64,000 nt of DNA from the NCBI GenBank assembly GCA_002269645.1, contig NIVC01002501.1:103676-167675 (forward strand). The letters are read 5' to 3'. Source of the DNA: Macrostomum lignano (taxonomy: Eukaryota). The translations under genes were made by a program, and so were the position numbers. Position 1 is the first letter of the stretch, and every line of letters begins with the position of its first letter. The notes beneath the pieces are model-generated. The model searched no databases. It saw only the letters and a list, made by a program, of their open reading frames with translations, and was not told the DNA's origin. Of the stretch, positions 61,367-64,000 are shown piece after piece.

Positions 61367-61579
61367 CTGTGACGGCGAAATAATGGGATAAACAGGCAGT
61401 GGATTCGGTAATCCTTCGAAATCGAATTAGAATTTACATTCTAATGTGTCACTAAACTGCTTGTAGATACAAGCCGGTTACTAAGAAAAACTGAAAATGT
61501 TACTTTTTCAAGTGATAACACAGCAATTTTTGATACATATCGGCTTCACATATACTGTTAACGGCTTATTAGCTAAATA

Positions 61580-61935
61580 AATTTCGATACATATCGGCTA
61601 CAAATCACTAGTGCAAGCTCGTTGGCAAAATAACTTTCGATACATATCGGCTACAAATCACTAGTGCAAGCTCGTTGGCAAAATAACTTTCGATACATAT
61701 CGGCTACAAATCACTAGTGCAAGCTCGTTGGCAAAATAACTTTCGATACATATCGGCTACAAATCACTAGTGCAAGCTCATTAGCAAAATAATTTTCGAA
61801 ATTGATTTCCAGCCGATATGTAGCGTAGAAGACTGTACAGAGCCAAATTTTTATGTAAGGTTTTTCCGATGCATATCGGCTACAAATCACTACTGCAAGG
61901 TCATTGACTATACAATTTTCGATACATATCGGCTA
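61580..61935. repeat. 53-bp intronic tandem repeat containing the near-palindrome CGATACATATCG
   Basis: Three to four near-identical units plus degenerate and inverted partial units. Confidence 0.85.
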
Positions 61936-62020
61936 ATAAAGAAATAAAATATTTAGCTAGATATTCACTCTAGGCTAAGAAGATATTTTTCGATACATAT
62001 CGGCAATAAAATCAATTTAC

Positions 62021-62397
62021 TTTCTGCCGCTTTTTCCCGTCGTTGCAGCCGCAGCATGGACAGCCGATCCCTGGCCCGCTCCTGTCCGGCCTTGGCCAGC
62101 TCCAACTCGGCCTCGGCGTCGTGCACGGACGCCAGGGTTGCCGGGGCAACGTCGGTGCGACCCTCGCCCGCCGCCAAATCGTGCTCGTGAATTCGCTTCT
62201 CTAAATCGCAATGGGCCTGGCGAAGTCGCAGCTCGGCGGTCGCCGATTCCCGCTCGGCGGCTTCCACCTGAGCGTCCAGCGAGGCCATCTCGGCCTCCTG
62301 CCGTTTTCGCTCCTCCTCGCGGCGGGCTGCCTTCGCCTTCTCGATTTTGCCGAGCAGTTGATCTGTCTGGCCGATGTCCCACGAATCTAGCAGTTCT
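62021..62397 (-). CDS. IQANK1: IQANK1-like coiled-coil exon
   Basis: RELLDSWDIGQTDQLL...RQAHCDLEKRIHEHD...LSMLRLQRRE. Acceptor CTGCAG|A; donor A|GTAAAT. Confidence 0.85.
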
Positions 62398-62829
62398 CTG
62401 CAGTTTTTAAAAACAGGTATTTTTACTATACTACTATAGTGAAAGTCCTATAATAAGTAGACTAAACAGCGTTAATCGTTATTTTTTATCTCGATTGCTT
62501 ATTCTGGCTGGATTGGTAAGCCGAACTCAAACTGGAATTAAATAGACTTTTTCAAGGCTGATGCCTAGAGTGTTTATAAAAGGTGAACCGTACAATGAAT
62601 TTGCATCCGAAACTTAGCGCTTCCTTTGGCCTAGGAATAAATTAGCCAACTTTTCTTTAATATCAAGCAGAAAACGCCAAATTTGGGCAAGAGTAAGAGT
62701 CACGACTGTGACCGAATTTGCAGCCAATGTTAATGTTATAAGAGATGTTTCCTGCGCGGGGGCTGAAGAGTGCGATTTTGAAATCGAACCGAATCTTAAA
62801 GGTAGGATTTTTAAGCCAAATTAAATCTC

Positions 62830-63140
62830 CCAGATAAGACACTCAGATCCCGGACAAGCTACTTAGATCTTAGGACATTGGGACATTTAGATCCCAGGTG
62901 AGACACTCAGATCTCAATTAAGACTTCAGATCCCAGGTAAGACTCTCAGATTCAGTAAGACGCTCAGATCCCAGGTGAGACACTCAGATCTCAAGAAGAC
63001 TCTCAGATCTCAGTAAGACTCTCAGATCGCAAGTAAGACACTCAGATCGCAAGTAAGGCTCTCAGATCCAAGTAAGACATTTAGATCCCAGAGAAGACAC
63101 TCAGATCTCAAGTAAGACTCCAGATCCCAGGTAAGATACT
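62830..63140. repeat. about 22-bp intronic minisatellite (CTCAGATCCCAGGTGAGACACT variants)
   Basis: About 13 degenerate units. Confidence 0.85.
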
Positions 63141-63152
63141 CAGCAGTCTCAC

Positions 63153-63495
63153 CTAACTTCATCAATCGCGGCCACGTCCCTGGCGGTCTGGGCATCCTCA
63201 GCGTAGATCCTGGGATCGGCACCAGCGCCGAGCAGCTGCTCGCAGGCGGCCAGGTGGCCAGCGAAGGAGGCCCGGTACAGAGGCGTCCGGCCAAACTGGC
63301 CGCGCCTGTTGGGGTCGGCGCCCCGCTGCAGCAGGAAGCCGACAGACTCGGGTCGCCTCCGCTGGCGGCCTCGGAGAGCGGCGAATTGCCGTTGGCGTCT
63401 TCGCAGTCCAGCAGCTCCAGCTGGTGCCGGTTGCGCAGCGCCCGGCCGATCGGGTCGTCACGTGACAGGCCGGCCTGGGAGTCCAGGGACTCTTG
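63153..63495 (-). CDS. IQANK1: IQANK1-like ankyrin-repeat exon; apparent 1-bp deletion at 63350-63352; gene continues beyond the window
   Basis: DANGNSPLSEAASGG, then after a frame change FLLQRGADPNRRGQFGRTPLYRASFAGHLAACEQLLGAGADPRIYAED. Donor AG|GTGAGA. Confidence 0.9.
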
Positions 63496-63529
63496 CTGTG
63501 GAATTAGAGTGGGAATTGTGTGGGGTGAG

Positions 63530-64000
63530 ACAGATGATGTCCAGGTGAGACACAAGGATGTCCAGAGACACGTGGACGCCTAGAGGAGACACATGGATGT
63601 TTAGGTGAGACACATGGATGTCCAGAGACACATGGATGTCCAGATGAGACACATGGATGTTTAGGTGAGACACATGGATGTCCAGAGACACATGGATGTC
63701 CAGATGAGACACATGGATGTTTAGGTGAGACACATGGATGTCCAGAGACACATGGATGTCCAGAGACACATGGATGTTTAGGTGAGACACATAAATGTCC
63801 AGAGACACATGGATGTTTAGGTGAGACACATGGATGTTTAGGTGAGACACATGGATGTCCAGAGACACATAGATGTCCAGAGACACATGGATGTCCAGAG
63901 ACACATGATGCCTAGAGAACATAGATGTCCAGAGACACATAGATGTCCAGAGACACATGAATGTCCAAGTGAGACACATGGATGCCCAGAGACACATGGA
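63530..64000. repeat. 19/21-bp intronic minisatellite (TCCAGAGACACATGGATG / TTTAGGTGAGACACATGGATG)
   Basis: The array runs to the window end. Confidence 0.93.

Overview
This is eukaryotic (metazoan) genomic DNA: GC-rich spliced exons sit in AT-rich spacers crowded with minisatellites and transposon relics. The style suggests a free-living flatworm such as Macrostomum, but that is an unverified inference. There is no CRISPR array or prokaryotic operon. Recognisable genes: ATG3 (-; a mariner element sits in its intron), a Tctex-1 domain dynein light chain (-; RFX X-box upstream), a SPATA6-family gene (+), an ID/emc-like HLH gene (-), a BTB-BACK gene (-), the 3' part of IQANK1 (-), and a two-exon orphan gene (-). 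The most interesting structure is a tandem cluster at about 18.5-34.3 kb. It holds four intact genes and three fragments encoding secreted proteins (signal peptide + degenerate PAN/apple-like module + LamG/ConA-like jelly-roll). The copies are mosaics: two near-invariant nucleotide blocks alternate with variable segments whose groupings are mutually incompatible, which points to gene conversion or recombination. Mobile DNA includes a mariner disabled by an apparent excision footprint of its own family, nested MITEs with exact 8-bp TSDs, a 3.06-kb CACTA/EnSpm-like element, three copies of one tRNA-SINE family, a CORE-SINE, and a Penelope-type minimal hammerhead ribozyme. Three conserved exons each lack one base in a G/C run, most likely long-read assembly errors. 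All family assignments come from motif recognition by eye; no database search was run.
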